A DNA stretch of 64,000 nt from Moniliella sp. 'wahieum' (lineage: Eukaryota): NCBI GenBank assembly GCA_003971905.1, contig RSEE01000063.1, positions 310,001 to 374,000 of the forward strand. Direction: 5' to 3'. Below, in pieces: positions 13,470 through 26,900 of this stretch. The stretch's first letter is position 1. The number at the start of each line of letters is the position of its first letter. The notes under the pieces were generated by a model, which was not told the DNA's origin, made no database searches, and was given only the letters and a program-made list of their open reading frames with translations. Both the position numbers and the translations under genes were made by a program.

Positions 13470-14475
13470 ATGGCCAGCCTCACACGCTTCGTGCTCAAGA
13501 AGCCCCTCAACTTGGCGTACGTGCTGCTCCTCTATTCTAACACTTGTTTTGCCCCCATGGCGTGTTGCAGTGAGGCCGGGACCTTTTTGGTCGGGTGCCA
13601 ACCTGTCTCCGGCGTCGTATCCGACGATGTGTCCCAGCCCAGCGCCCTTCCCCCGGGCTTGCGTTCATCAGCGCTGGACAGCCATGCTGACCCTACTTCC
13701 TAACAGACCAACTGTGGCCGCTACCGCTACTGGTATTCCCAAGACCACGACCCTGCAGCTGCCTTCTGTGGCGCATGGCGAGCACGGGCACCCCCGGCAC
13801 GAGGCGCCGCCCAAGTGGGCCAGCAGCTTGACCTCCAGCGGTGCCTTCAAGACCGCGCTCAACACCAACCCGAGCCGGAGTCTGGGGGGGCAGCGGTATA
13901 TGTCCACGTCGACCAAGAGCGTTGCGCCCAAGGTGCCGGACTACGACGATGTGCGGGTCAAGGACCCGCAGGCGAACCAAACCCTGTCCTACTTTGTCAT
14001 TGGCTCCCTTGGTGTTCTGACCGCGGCCGGGGGCAAGTCGGCTGTGCACGATTACCTTGCCACCCTGAGCCCGTCTGCTGATGTGTTGGCCATGGCCAAG
14101 GTCGAGGTGGAACTCAACTCGATCCCGCTGGGCAAGAACGCGGTGATCAAATGGCGTGGCAAGCCTGTCTTTGTCCGTCATCGTACCCCTGACGAGATCA
14201 AGGAGGCTGAGTCGGTCGATGTTGCCTCGCTGCGTGACCCCGAGTCGGACGAACAGCGCGTCCAGCGCCCCGAGTGGCTTGTCATGCTTGGTGTCTGCAC
14301 GCACTTGGGGTGCGTTCCCATTGGTGAGGCGGGTGACTATGGTGGATGGTTCTGCCCTTGCCATGGCTCGCACTACGACATTTCCGGTCGGATCCGTAAG
14401 GGTCCCGCCCCGCTCAACCTTGAGATTCCTACCTACAGCTTCAACGATGCGGACGGCAAGCTCGTTATTGGTTAA
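13470..14475 (+). CDS. RIP1: Cytochrome bc1 Rieske iron-sulfur subunit; intron 13517-13706
   Basis: 'CTHLGCVP' and 'GGWFCPCHGSHYDISGRIRKGPAPLNLEIP'. Presequence 'MASLTRFVLKKPLNLA' splices in frame via GTACGT..GCTGAC..TAACAG. Confidence 0.97.
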
Positions 14476-14996
14476 TGTATCTTGGTATGCAGTCCTCCTA
14501 AGATGCGAGGGGGGCGTGTTCAAAATGCATCGATCGCAGGAATCATTGCAGAACGCAGTCATGGACGGTGGTTGGAGAGTCGCGCCTGGCGTGACGTGGG
14601 CGATGGCAGGCTAGTTGATCATGCCCATATAGGACGCCAACACCTTGTTGCGACGTTGAGGATTGCGCCAAAGGTTCTATCTGCAGGATCAAGCCCTATT
14701 CCAGCGTGGCGGAACGTGCAGGCCAACCAACGTGGCGGACCTCTGGTCTGGCCGCATCCTCTTCACTTAGACTGAGCCAGATAGATTCTAGAAGGTGTTG
14801 TGTTGATACAACGACTGGGCTTCGGCAGGCTTCAGCGCTTCTGCGCAAGCAGCCAAGAAGCACACAAGAGGTTGGGTTGTACTGAACATGTGAACAAATG
14901 AAATGAGGACCGCTAATAAGCGAATCCTGGCCATCTACTGGGTTTACCCACTGGCTGGCCCCACCACCACCAGCCGAAGATCGAACACAGACAGCG

Positions 14997-17328
14997 ATGG
15001 ACATCGACAAGCTCTTTAAGGCAAGTTCCATCCTTCCATCCTCCCGCACTCCCGCCCTTCACGTCGTACGCCTTTTCTGACTCTTTCCCGCACAGCGGCC
15101 CAACCTGCCTGCATCTGCGCTCAAGACCAAACACGGCAAGTTGGCCCCAATACCCACCTCCATCGTCTCACAACCGAGCGATGCGCCAGAGGGGTCTTCC
15201 ACTGCACCTCCACCCACAGAGGCTACGGTGGTCGACATTCCGTACCAGACAGACGTGGATGACTCGATGGAGGAAGGTGTCTTCATTAACCCCGAGGAGG
15301 AGGAGGAAGATGCACGCCTATTTGGCGGCGGTCTGTCCAGCCAACAGGAACAAATTGCGCAAATCCTGGACCAAGACCAATCAGACTTGGCCACGTCGCG
15401 CTCCCAAGTGGCTATGTTGCGCAAACAACTCGTCCGATTTGAGCGCACCATCACGAAGAACCAGCAGCTGCGGATGAAGTTTGCTGACGATCCACACAAG
15501 TGCGTATGGCTGTCTTGTGACCTGTGACCTTCGACATGCGAGCTGACCCCGTTGACCTTCATCTGTCAGATTCATCGAGTCGGAGGCCGACCTGGACGGC
15601 GAAATTTCAGCGTTGGTTGTGCTTACTGCTGCACCAGACGTCCTTTACAACGAAGCACTAGCCCATAAGTTGCCGGCAACCTTGTGTGGGCTCATGTCAC
15701 ATGAGAACGAGGACATTGTGACTAGCGTGGTCAAGGTGATTGAGGAGTTGACTGATGAGGATGTACTGGATGGAGTAGACGATGAGAGTGGGCCTGATGG
15801 GAGCAGTGCTCGTCAAGTTGCCGAGTCAAGTATTGCCGCCTTTGTGAAGGAATTGGTGTGTTCTGTTCCGCTATGCCTGCACGCCCAGACTAACCATCTC
15901 CCTGCCTCCAGCGCGCCAACCAGCTCGTCGAACTTCTGGTGTCGAACCTGGACCGCTTCCGCAAAAACATTGACAAGCAGTCAGAACCTGCATCTGAGGA
16001 AGAAGAGGCCCAACGGGCTGCCGCTCGTGAGGCGGACGAGCAGGGGGTCTATCATATCTTTGCTCTTCTGGAAAACCTGATCAGTCTCGACCCAGCGGAG
16101 GTCGGTCCTGCCCTGGTGCGCAATCCTACGTTCTGGCAGCACATTATTGGTTTGCTCAAAGAAGGTCGCGATCACTATGTGGCGAAGATCAAGAACAATG
16201 GGACAGAAGCGTATTCTCAGAATGAGGCGTATGCAGCGGAGCTCCTGGCCATTGTCCTACAAGCCGTCTCCTCCGTTGCTTCTTCCCCACCAACTGGATC
16301 TGAGGCGGACGGGGCCACTGAGTCGCTGTCGGCTTTGGCAGGGTGGGACGCAGTTGGGCGGGACAAATGCGGTGTTGGAGTCAATCTCAGTCTTCCTACG
16401 TGCTGCACCTCAAAACGACGAGGCAGAGGTGGCGCAGAACTTGTTTGATGCCCTCTGTGCCCTCATGTCAGACGACCGCAACCGTCTCGAATTGGTCCAG
16501 CAAGAAGGGGCAGACCTTGTGGCGATGCTTCTTTCTGACCCAAAGCACGGTACCAAGAAGAAAAAACACGGATTAACGCTTTTGAAGAAGGCTGCACTGC
16601 GGTTGTTATCGTACGCCCTAGGTGGGCAAGGCAAGGGGACTCAAGCTGTAGCAGAAGCCTTTGTCTCCGCCGGGGGGTTGAAGCCTCTGTTTGCCATTCT
16701 AGCAGTGGTCAAGGTACGTCTTGTGTCCCCGACTGCATCAGGAAAGCTAATGCAATGCGTACGTGTGTGTGTGCAGTCCAAGCATGCCACCAGCATGGGG
16801 GCTTCCGATGAGGAGCATCTCCTCTCGGTCCTCGTGGCCCTACTGAATTGGCTTCCTCAAGAAAGTGTCGCGCGTATTCGGTTGCTAGCCAAATTTACCG
16901 AGACTGAGTATGCCAACTTGGACCGATTGGTCGCCGTGCGCACGCACGCGGCTGTTCGCTTGGCCGGAGCAGACCGGGAATTCCACCGTCCCAGCTTATC
17001 GGAGAGCTCACTTGTACCCGCGGAACGCAGTGAAGAGCAGGAGATGGACCATCTCTTGCGTTTGGAGCAAGGGTTGTTTGCGCTCGAGACGGCGGACTAT
17101 GTGATTGCTTGGCTGTGCGTCGAGGACGATGGCATGCGGTCTCAGCTTGCTCAACTACTGCGTCGTCACTCGGTTTCGCTGGCAAAGGAGGTGGTGACCA
17201 GCCTACAGGCCTACTATTACGATTTGGGTGCCACCCCCGTCCCCGTTCCGGGTGCCGTGCCTGCCGATGCGGAGGTACCGAACCAAAAGTTGGTTGTGGT
17301 GGACTTGGTCAACTCCTTGTTAGAGTAG
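14997..17328 (+). CDS. CTNNBL1: Beta-catenin-like protein 1 (spliceosomal CTNNBL1/DUF1716); introns ~15021-15095 (GC-AG), ~15500-15569, ~15856-15911, ~16714-16776
   Basis: 'MDIDKLFK', 'EDARLFGGGL', 'NQQLRMKFADDPHK|FIESEADLD', 'LMSHENEDI..V..ELTDED', 'RIRLLAKF.E'. Confidence 0.88.
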
Positions 17329-17960
17329 CAATCATCTCGAAACCATCCCATGCCTGTTGTTTTCATCAATCGTCTGGCTATAAGACTGGTTGTAATGCCA
17401 GAGACCAAGTAACTCTCTATGCCGGCCGCCATGGAAGTTAGTAGCTACAAAGGGGGTTTCCCTCGGATAGTAGAGCAGCTCTAGTAGAGCAGCTTTGGTT
17501 ATATGCATTCACAGTAACTGCTTTGTTGGTCGATATAGACTGTGCGAAGACGCAGTAGAGGCAGAAGCTGGACAGGCGAGAGCGCAAAGCGCTCTTGGAA
17601 ACAGGAATACATCAGGCCGGGGTCAGGGGTAGGGGTAGGGGGGGTAGGTAGGTAGAAGGTAGAAGAGTAGGAGGTAGGAGGTACTAGGAGGTAAAAGGGA
17701 GGGGGGTAGGCAGAGTTGTCCAAGGGATCCGAATGCATGGTTCTTTTTCAACGCCCGATAAGGGCCATACCAGGGAAGCGCATGGGGCCGCTATCCCAGC
17801 GGGTGGACCAAGGTCAGATGGTCTTTGCCATCCTCTTCTCCTTCGTCCCCAACGCGACAGGTGACAACAATGGTGCGGTCCGAGTCGCTCGAGTGGGTGC
17901 TAGTGTGCGACTCGTGACTACGACGCGTACCGTCGCGAACGTCGCTTGGCTCATCAGGGC

Positions 17961-19285
17961 CTAAAACACGAATACCGCCGTCGATAGTGCCAGCACCGTA
18001 CGAGGCGGCGCGATAAGTGTTGTACTCACTGGGATGTCCAGCTTGACACCATGTTGCGCTGACGCCCGGGAATGCTGGTCATACGTCCCCCCGGGCACTT
18101 CCTCGTCTGCCGACATAGCTTCCGGGTCATTTTCGTCAAACTCCACCGCCTCCCCTTCTGGCCCGCCAAGGAATTGCGAATCTGAGTGATTGGGTTGATG
18201 CAAGCCCGGAATGCTGGGAGCAGCGACGGCGTTGGAATCGGAAAGATGAGGCCGGTGCCCGCTCGGATACAAGTATTCAGGCTTAGCATCGTTCCCCAGA
18301 TCCATTGACTGGGCGTGGCGAGTGAACACCGTGTGAGGTGTCGTCTTGGAGGGACGGGGACGGGGGCGATGGTGGTGGGCCATGTTGACGTAAAACACTT
18401 TGAAGCCCTCGTTGGGGGAGGTGTACTGAGCTTCCTCCCCAGCCGCCGCCTCGGCCATCAAGTCAATGTCCACCATCGAGCTGTCACCCGCGGCACCCCA
18501 CGGATTTTCTCCATCTTCCTCATCATCGGCCAGATCAAAGTCCTTCTCGTCTGCCACTTGCGACAAGTACGGTCCGGGGGTGTAGGCAGGAAGGTAGTCC
18601 TCTTCATGTGTCTTGTGGTTGATGTAAGGGGGCAGCGATCCCTGCTCGGGGTCATGGGGTGGGTTCCATGGAGCAGAGCTGGGAGAGATAGCGTGCGACG
18701 ATAAGCCAAAGTAGAAAGAAGCACCAAAGGTTCCACTACTCGGGTGGTAATCCAGAGCGCTAGAACAAGGGCTTCAATGGTAGAGTACGCATGGCCGCAG
18801 CGTTGAGCCGCCAAACGGAGCGCCCCAGCTTCAAAGGCTGGGAGAGTCTGGCCTCCCGCTTCATTAGGCAAGCCAGAAAGAGTAGCGATGCACGATTGCA
18901 CCGCCTTGGCGCGGTGGGGCTTGGAAACCAGCATCCCTATTGCCACGGCTCCCAAAATGGTAGAGAGCAAATACTCGAAGGCGAGGGCGGCGGCATAGAT
19001 CGAGACCAGGCGGCGACGGCGCAGAGCAATGGCAATCAAGCCCCCGGCTGAGGCGAGGAATAGACAGAAATAGGTCATCCCGTAAACAATCGTCGGTACC
19101 ATGGCCTGGGGCGCGGACGTGAACGCAAGGGATGTGCTTCCATTGCGGGAGCGGCCTGGGCGGTGAGTGGCCAAGGCAAGAACAGCACTCCCGCCAGCGC
19201 CGGCAAGGGCGCTCAACAGGAGCAGGAACCCAGCCGCGAAAAGGGCAACCGGGCGGTGAACGGGGGCGTTGAAGTAGGCAGGCAT
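17961..19285 (-). CDS. Hypothetical four-transmembrane protein with acidic C-terminal tail (frameshift near 18560)
   Basis: Four hydrophobic segments in ORF 18458-19486 from 'MPAYFNAP', with two Cys in the large loop. Continues in ORF 17961-18566. TATA-like sequence near 19515. Confidence 0.55.
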
Positions 19286-20321
19286 TGCGGATGGGGGGAA
19301 CGCAATTGTGGGGGGGAGGGGATCGGGCAGAGCCGGCTGCAGCGAGTGGGAGGGAGGGCGAGGTGTGGCAGTCCTGCTGCGAAATGGAGAAAGTGCGTCC
19401 AGCGCGGGCAACCCTCCAGGGGTGCGTAGAGGAGAAGTAGAGGTAGAGGTGGGGGTGGGGCGAGGCCTGAGGGACAAAGCAACCAAACAAAGAGGCGCCT
19501 CGGAACACAGCCCCTTTTATAGATCCAGGCTGGGTGGGAACCAGCGGGGCAAGCCCTGCGCTGGGACTGTGTTGTAGATGTTGAGTCGGGGCGTCCTCTG
19601 CCGGATGCGGTGCGGAGCCATGGGGGCAGTCTACCGCCCTGGCATGTAGGGTTGGACGGGGATAATTTGGTGCCTGCCCCCGTGCCGCATCAATTGGCAA
19701 AACTTCTACTCTACAATACTAGAGACCATTAATGAACTTTGTTGAACGTTCAGTGTTCAGTTGAATGTTGAACGTGAGAACGTTGAACTTCGTCGTGGGA
19801 ACACACACCCTCAGTAGACCGCATACTCGCGCTACTCTTCGGCCACCCGTTGCCACCCGTTGCCACCCCTCCTTGGGGGCCCACCTACTTGTTACACGCG
19901 CTCGCCTTCATAGAGTTTTTAACGTGTTCACCGCGCGTTCATCCATATCCACACTCGCGCTATATATATCTGACTTTGGGGGACATGAAGTTGCGGGAGC
20001 CACTCTGAGAAAGAACCCTGACCGATTGACGACACATTTGGCCTTCTATTTTGCTGCGGCTGCGACAACGTCGCATGTGGCTGACTCTGACATTGTGTGT
20101 GAAATGTTTCGCTGCCCGGCCCTTAGTACTTAGTGCTTGAAAGAGGGACGTACTCATGCGGACACGAAGAAATAAAAGACGCGTAATGCCATAGGGCCAG
20201 CCCCGAGGTGGGACCCGCCCCTGTAGTTTAGAAGTACAAGTTCTTGGACGGCCAATCGGAGCCACGTATGGTATGTCCGGTATCAGATCCTGGTCGAACT
20301 GAGCGGTTGTTTTTCTAGCAG

Positions 20322-20406
20322 TGGTGGCGCTACCAAGTAACATAAGGTCGGTTTAGGTGTAGCGTTTCCTTGTCCCACAGACTTAAGCTCTGTCAATGAT
20401 ATGGAA
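20322..20406 (-). repeat. Dispersed repeat family R (starts TTCCATATCATTGACAGAGCTTAAG), copy a
   Basis: Reverse complement matches the copies at 30403 and 38771. Confidence 0.8.
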
Positions 20407-22789
20407 GCAGTATATATAGAGGCGAGATAGAGAGACCCTCTATTATAGAGGTTAGGTGTTGTTACCGGGGATTATCTCCGGACGCTGAGCCCCGCATGTC
20501 GTAGACATCTCAGCCCAACACGTGTCAGTCCCATTAGTCTAGCGAGAGAGAGCCAGTCGACACCTTATCCATCTTCCGCTGCCCGCCCTGGTCGCATGGG
20601 CTCATCGGCACGATGCTTTGTGTCCATTGCGTCCTGTCTTGGCAGAACCATTCCTGCTGTGCCCGACTACGCAGCTTCAGCGCCTTGGAGAGCACGGGCT
20701 GTGCATTAGTCTTTACCTCTCTGCAAAGTGCCCCGCATTCCGTCTACTATACCTGTCAGGAGGCACTTGAGCCCTGGTTCCTTCTGCTGTATATAAGCAG
20801 CCAACATGTCTATAAGGCTTGCTAACTGTGGCCTTTGTCGACCATCCTGTCTTTGGTCTCCCCGACTACCCGTTCTCTTGCCCTTCCACCTTCTACCACA
20901 CCCCTACACTTACGAATTTACGACTTACGTCGAGTACGCTGCAAGCTGCGGTTACTCTCATCAGTAGCGCTTGATGAGACCTCTGGAGTCCTGATGGTCC
21001 TCGAGGGTGATGCAATCGCACTGGTGGTGGTGGTGGTCTAAGCCAACCAGCAACGCCTACAGAGGAACAACAAGCAGCGAGTTGCCACCAGGGGCTAAGC
21101 TGCGGAACAGGGAAAAACAAGAGAGAGAAAACAATGGAACTCCCAGGCCTCAGTGAGGAGGAACTGAAGGGACATTGGGCAAAGCACGAGCCACCCGATG
21201 GCTCAACAGCGGCGCTTGCTCTTCTTTAGGACTCTGTCTGTTCCCGCATACTACAGGGTACCAAGTGTGGTAACGCTGCGAGGGACAAAGTAACCTCGGA
21301 GCTCCTGGGCCTATTGAGCTGGTCTAACGACCTATACGTAATAGGCGGCTCCTGCACAACTAGAGGGTCTCTCCCTCGCCTCTACACCCGCTCGGTTCAA
21401 CAAGGATCTGGAACAGGACCTAACGTACGAGATACCGATTGGCCTGTCCAAAAGGGTTTATACCCTAAACTACAGGTGGGTCTCACCTCGGGACCCTTCC
21501 CCCCCCATGACAGGTGTGGCTGCCTGCGCACAGTGCAAGGGCCGCGGCTCACACCCTCTGAGGACGGAGCAACTTGTGCAGGTATCGTCAAGACCCGTTG
21601 AAGAGGTCTACGTGCTCTGGGGTAGCGCGTAACGCGTCTTAACCATACACTCTTCGTCGCCGTGGCAAATCAGACGGAGTCCTAATTGAAGAGCAAAAGC
21701 GCTATATAATACTTGGATCGAGTAACCGCGGCTTTTGTGTGCGGTGTATATATAACCGACATGAAGAGTCTGCGTCGGTTTTGTATTAAGCTTCATATTA
21801 TGGGAGAAGGCGAAAGGGTGACCCATATCGAGTAAGCTCAACTCCCAGAGCAGGTGCCATCATCCGCTTTTCTTACTGCGACGTACACGCACATCCATTA
21901 GTGTCAAATGTTGGTGATTGCTGGGAAACGGCTAGTACTAGTATATAAACTTCTTCGTCACAGTTATATAGTACCGCCCTGTTTTCCTTCTTCCCCCTTC
22001 TATAGTACGATTGGTACATCTGTACCCTAGCGTCCCTTTCATTTCATTCCATACCAAGGTGATGGAGGCAAGCTCGGCCGGTGAGAGCCACTCCCGCCAT
22101 GCTGACTGGGTATATGGCAAACGACGCGGCAAGCAAGGGCTGGGGCTCTTGGAACTGTATTCCGGGACTGTGGCTTGGCGCACTATCGATGGAAGAAACC
22201 TCATGTGTACCAATCAGTTTTACCCTGCTACTAAGCTCGCCACTGACTTCAATTTGGTTCCCTCTTGTTAGAGGGTACTACTAGGGTTCTCCTGCGCGGC
22301 CCTCAATGGATCGGTGACGCTCGCCTAGCCGAGCGGAAGCGTTCCGCTCGCAGGCCGCGCACGCCCTGCTCGCTCCATCTCCCTTCTATCTCTCCTTTCT
22401 CCTTCCCTTCAGACGTTGCTTGAAGACTCTTGTGGCTCACCACTTTGCCTTCACGTCTTGTCTGAAGGCTGCTTTGCAGCTGATCCATAGGATCGCGAGT
22501 GCTCCCAAGTCGCACTCTAGCACCTCTGACGTGCCTCGCCCCAAAATGATCCAGGAGTCGGGCCCGGACACAAAAGGGCAAAAAATTTGTCCAGGTAGTT
22601 ATGGGGTCCTGGCGAAGTACATAGCTAATCGAAATTTCTAGTCACAACGTTGCCGCCGATCTCGCCTCAAGGTGAGAAATTGATACCGTGAGTCTATGAT
22701 TAGAAGTGCCACAACCCTGTACAAGAAAAGCTTGCGCAAGATGGTCGCCAAGGTCGAGACAATCTATACCCGACAGCTTGGCCCCAGGT

Positions 22790-22962
22790 TACCCCCACCT
22801 ATCCCCCACCTATCCCCCACCTATCCCCCACCTATCCCCGGACAGTCCGCAGCCTTGCTGGCAGGCTGGTGGCAAGGGTAGCCACAGATATTTTCACTAG
22901 GCTGGCGGCTAGGGCGGTGGCTAGGGTGGTGGCTAGGGTGGTGGCTAGGGCGGTGGCTAGGG
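22790..22962. repeat. Subterminal tandem repeats of the transposon: 11-bp ATCCCCCACCT (~4x) and 12-bp GGCTAGGGYGGT (~5x)
   Basis: Directly visible. Copy 2 (57713-57865) has only ~2 of the 11-mers. Confidence 0.9.
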
Positions 22963-23979
22963 TGCCACGATGCTATCAGATCAGGCAGTGGATTATCTTT
23001 AAAAGCATGCATTGCCATGGTTGTTTAGACACAGAGACGTAGAGGAGCGCCAAGGCAACGGCAGGTTGTTCGAGGAGCCTCAGGACGGCGGCAACCACAG
23101 AAGCTTTGCCTTCGTCGTTTAATCGCAGACCAAAAACATCATGGGGACACGGAGATGATAGGGATCGAAGGGCAAAGATACAAGAGCCTTACAACTTGCG
23201 GCGTGGGGACGAAGCGTCATCGCGTTCGAGAGGGAGAATGAGTCCCGCAACCATACGGCGAACGATGATCTGTGTGCAAGCCTGTATATGTTCCGTGGTC
23301 GTTTCCTCAGCACTTGAGCGCCTTCTCCGATCATCCTGCTTAAAGGTGTTGTCAGTATATGGGCGGATAAGGACAAAGCGCAGGTACTGACCTGGCCGGG
23401 GAAACCGTCGCCGTCGACCGTCCGCTGGAAGCGCCCCCGTCGTTGATCTTCAACTCGCCTTCGGGAGGTATGACCGGCATCTTGGCGCAAATGATATCAG
23501 GCAAGGCTGTGCCGCCAGGCGTGGCCGACTCAGTTCCGGTGGCTGCGCACAGGCCAGTCAGGACGGCAGGCATCACAGCATGGGGGGCGTGGACGTACCG
23601 AGGTCGGGCGCGTGCACGGCAGGGGGGCGTCAGTGGGCGGCGATAGCAGCACACGTATTCATGGTGATTAGTACAAGCCGTGCACACGGCAACACAGCTC
23701 TGGTAGTAGTGTGTGGCCAACGAGAGAAGAGAGGCTGTGGTGGTGGCGGTGGGGTGGTAGTCGAGAGGCAAGCGCATCGGCGCAGCTGCGTGCGGTTATA
23801 GGCGCAACCACCGGTGGCCCACCGGTGGTCCACCCGCATGGCGCCAGTGTTGCCCCCCCACGCCACCGCCCACCTGCAGCCTGAGCGTTTAGTATATATA
23901 TAGATTTTTTTAAGCTACGCACTTGAGATAGTCGTGACAGCAGCTATATACAGCACGATACTCCAGTCCAACCGTCTCG

Positions 23980-26900
23980 TTGCGAGAGAAGACCGCATTC
24001 GCACAAGTCGCGTTCCAGAGTGAAGGGAAATTGCCTCTCTTTACTCGCTCAACAAAACTAAAAGGCAATCGAGACGGTGTGCCAGCCTCGTGTGTATCGA
24101 GCAGTTTGTATCAGGAGACGATATACATTGGGTCCTTCGCGGGCGAGACCGCATTTTCCACCTCATACATGTCCTCGAACTCGTCCATCCGCTCCAAGAT
24201 GTCACAGTATCCCAATCCCTGGTCTCTCAGGGCGATTGTCCAGGCCCTCAAGGACGGGTTCATTGAAGAACCACACAAGGGACGATGGGATCTGATCGGC
24301 ACAAGGACTCAGCCGATGGTCATGCTCAATAAGCATCCACGCGATCTGGCCATTCACATGTACCTTGGCGAATCTGTTCACCTGGTCAGCATTTCGCGCC
24401 TATCTTTCCCGTCTTGTGGCAACACGACGCTGATAGCGACTCGTGGCACGGGATCGGAATCGACCTGGTCCAAGACGAGACGTCCAACCTGCGTGAAGTA
24501 CACCGGCAACAGGACACGCGCCTTCATTCTTACTCAGTTGGACATAACCAAGTTGCGCCTCTAACGACTATACCATTAGTAAGTTTTCTTGCTCTTCACG
24601 CAGCGGCAATTCTTGTCGGGTTGACTGATGACTTCCACATCCTGGTACGACACAGGAACAAGGGACGGTGAGGAAATTGGGAAGAGCGTCAATCCCCTTC
24701 GAGCCAAGGCCTGTGGCCGAGCTCTGGTCCGTCTCCAGCTAGTGGGCTGGGCTGATGGTTTTGCAGACAATGTGTCCAATCGGCCAAGCTCTCTGAACAG
24801 CATGCTGCTGGGCAACATGCACGTTTCACGGTCGCAGTCTAGATGGGCAAGGAACCTTTTCCTCTTTGCATCGGAAACGGCCAAGTCTCCTCCCGTTGTG
24901 TGAGCAGTTGGTAAAACAGCTAGAACCCTAAGTGAGTATCGCAATCTAAGCCAAGTTGCCTTTGAAGTCGCCGTGATTCCTGGGCAAAAGCAGCATGCTA
25001 ACGTCTTTTTCGAACTTGCAGGCAGTATCACGAAGACCTCATCCCTGTCTGGGATTCGACCACCGAGGGATGGATCCTTGTACAGCCCGTGCTGCGGATG
25101 ATAAAGGGCGACAACGTGGCCGCGAACGAGATGGCTTCCATTATGGGCATGACTGCCCACGTGTGCTGCCGTTTTTGCGATGGCGGACGGCAACGGGGAA
25201 CGAATACGTTGGCGGAGAACGTGGCTGACTGTCTTGTGCGTATACGACACCACTGGTGTTACTGCTGTGCATCAAAATGGGACTGAATATAACCGGCGGA
25301 TACATCAAGACGGAAAAGGCGATCTACGTTCAAGTGTCGAAACTAGGCGCGAAGTCGATCACCAATAACTCGACATGGTCGTCAAGAACGACGGCCGTGT
25401 CGACGATCGGGCGAGCCAGACCGGGGTTAACGACAAAAGTATATGAAAGACGTATCCTTTATCCTGTTCAAGTCCCGCAAGACTCTGGAGGACTCAGCCG
25501 GGGCGACGAATGGCAAGAAGCGGAAGAGGCTGCTTTCCAATTTGGACTCCGGCGTTCGTGAGCTGCTGGATGAGTTCAAGAACAACGGCTAAGTGTTCAA
25601 CCCCTTTTGACTGTCCACGAATGGCAGGGGTGCTCGAGTTTCTCGGTCGGCAAGAGCCTGGCGATCGACGTCATGCACACAGTTCTCCTTGGGCGAGTCA
25701 AGGCCTCGGTCGAGCTGCTGACGGACTCGAACTTCGATAAGGGGCCCTCGCTAGCGCTGTGGCTGGATTCGTTCAACTCGTGGGGCATGGAATCGGTGGG
25801 TCGACGGCTCAATGGCACTAAAGTGGTTCACAGCATGCGCTCAGTCATCACGGGGGTTGACTGCAAGATATTATGCCAGACTCTCCCTCTGGTGCTGCCC
25901 AAGTTGGTGGCCACTCTGCGGTTGGACTCCGCCAAGCCCGGCGTCACGGAAATGGCGAGACAGAGACTTCTGAGCAAGATTGAGAGGCTGGAGAATGTCC
26001 GCAAGTGCATTGTGGCCGCCGCACGCATTAAGTGGCTTTGCTACATCGATAGCTTCGCATTTCAAGACCGAGCTACATATGGCGTACATCTGAAACTGCT
26101 AGCTCTCCTAGGCCCGTGATCATCTTCGCTAGTCCAAGTTCACAACTTACATTCTGCCCCGTACAGATGTGCCCACAGGAACTGCTTGACAAGGCGGTGA
26201 TTCACATTTTCATGGCCATCGCTGCCATCGACCCGGCCATGCTCGTTCGTCGCCCCAAGTTCCACCTTCTGAGTCACCTCTCCCAGCAGGCGCTGTTGTG
26301 GGGTCCTCTCAAGAACGCTGACACACAGCGTGAGGAGGAGTTTGTCCGCGTCATGCGCAATGCGGTAATATTTACGAACCGCAAAGATATATGCTGCGAC
26401 TTGAACTACAAGGTAGCAGCCCAGGAGAACCTGCAAAACCTGCTATGTGGAGGGCGGGCAATCGACATGCCGCGTGCAAAACTCGTGTCCCGCGATACAA
26501 CCCCTGACGATGAAGGGGAGGATGTGACACAGGGTCTGCCCGGTGGGAACACCAAGAAATTGTCCGCAGAGGTCTGGATCGGCAGGGGCCGAGCAGCTTT
26601 GCAATTGAATGGTACACCGCCTCAAGCTGGCACGACGATTCAGCTCTTGGGCCAAGGGCTCGGCAGTGTGTGGCAAGTCCCTCCCGCACCCGGTACCGGC
26701 CGCAACAGCCCTTCCAGCGCTGGATCGTGTCCGGCTTCGATCCAGACTGTGGCTAAGGCCAAAGTCATATCGGTGCACGACAAGGTTGGGCTTCCTGAAC
26801 CAATGACAGCAGAGCGGCGTTCTGCCACTGGGCCGGTCGAAGATATTGTCGACATGCCGTTGGTCCGCGTACAGCATGGCCAGCTTTGTGCTAGGGGGGA

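Noticed and set aside
17620..17712. G-rich GGTAG tract as a functional element
   Set aside because: It is low-complexity sequence between convergent genes with no further support.
20400..22600. Protein-coding genes in this interval
   Set aside because: Only short ORFs without recognisable motifs occur. It is probably decayed TE DNA, but I could not assign a family.
22895..22962. GGCTAGGG tracts as interstitial telomere
   Set aside because: The 12-bp period lies inside the transposon and is present in both copies. It is not TTAGGG.
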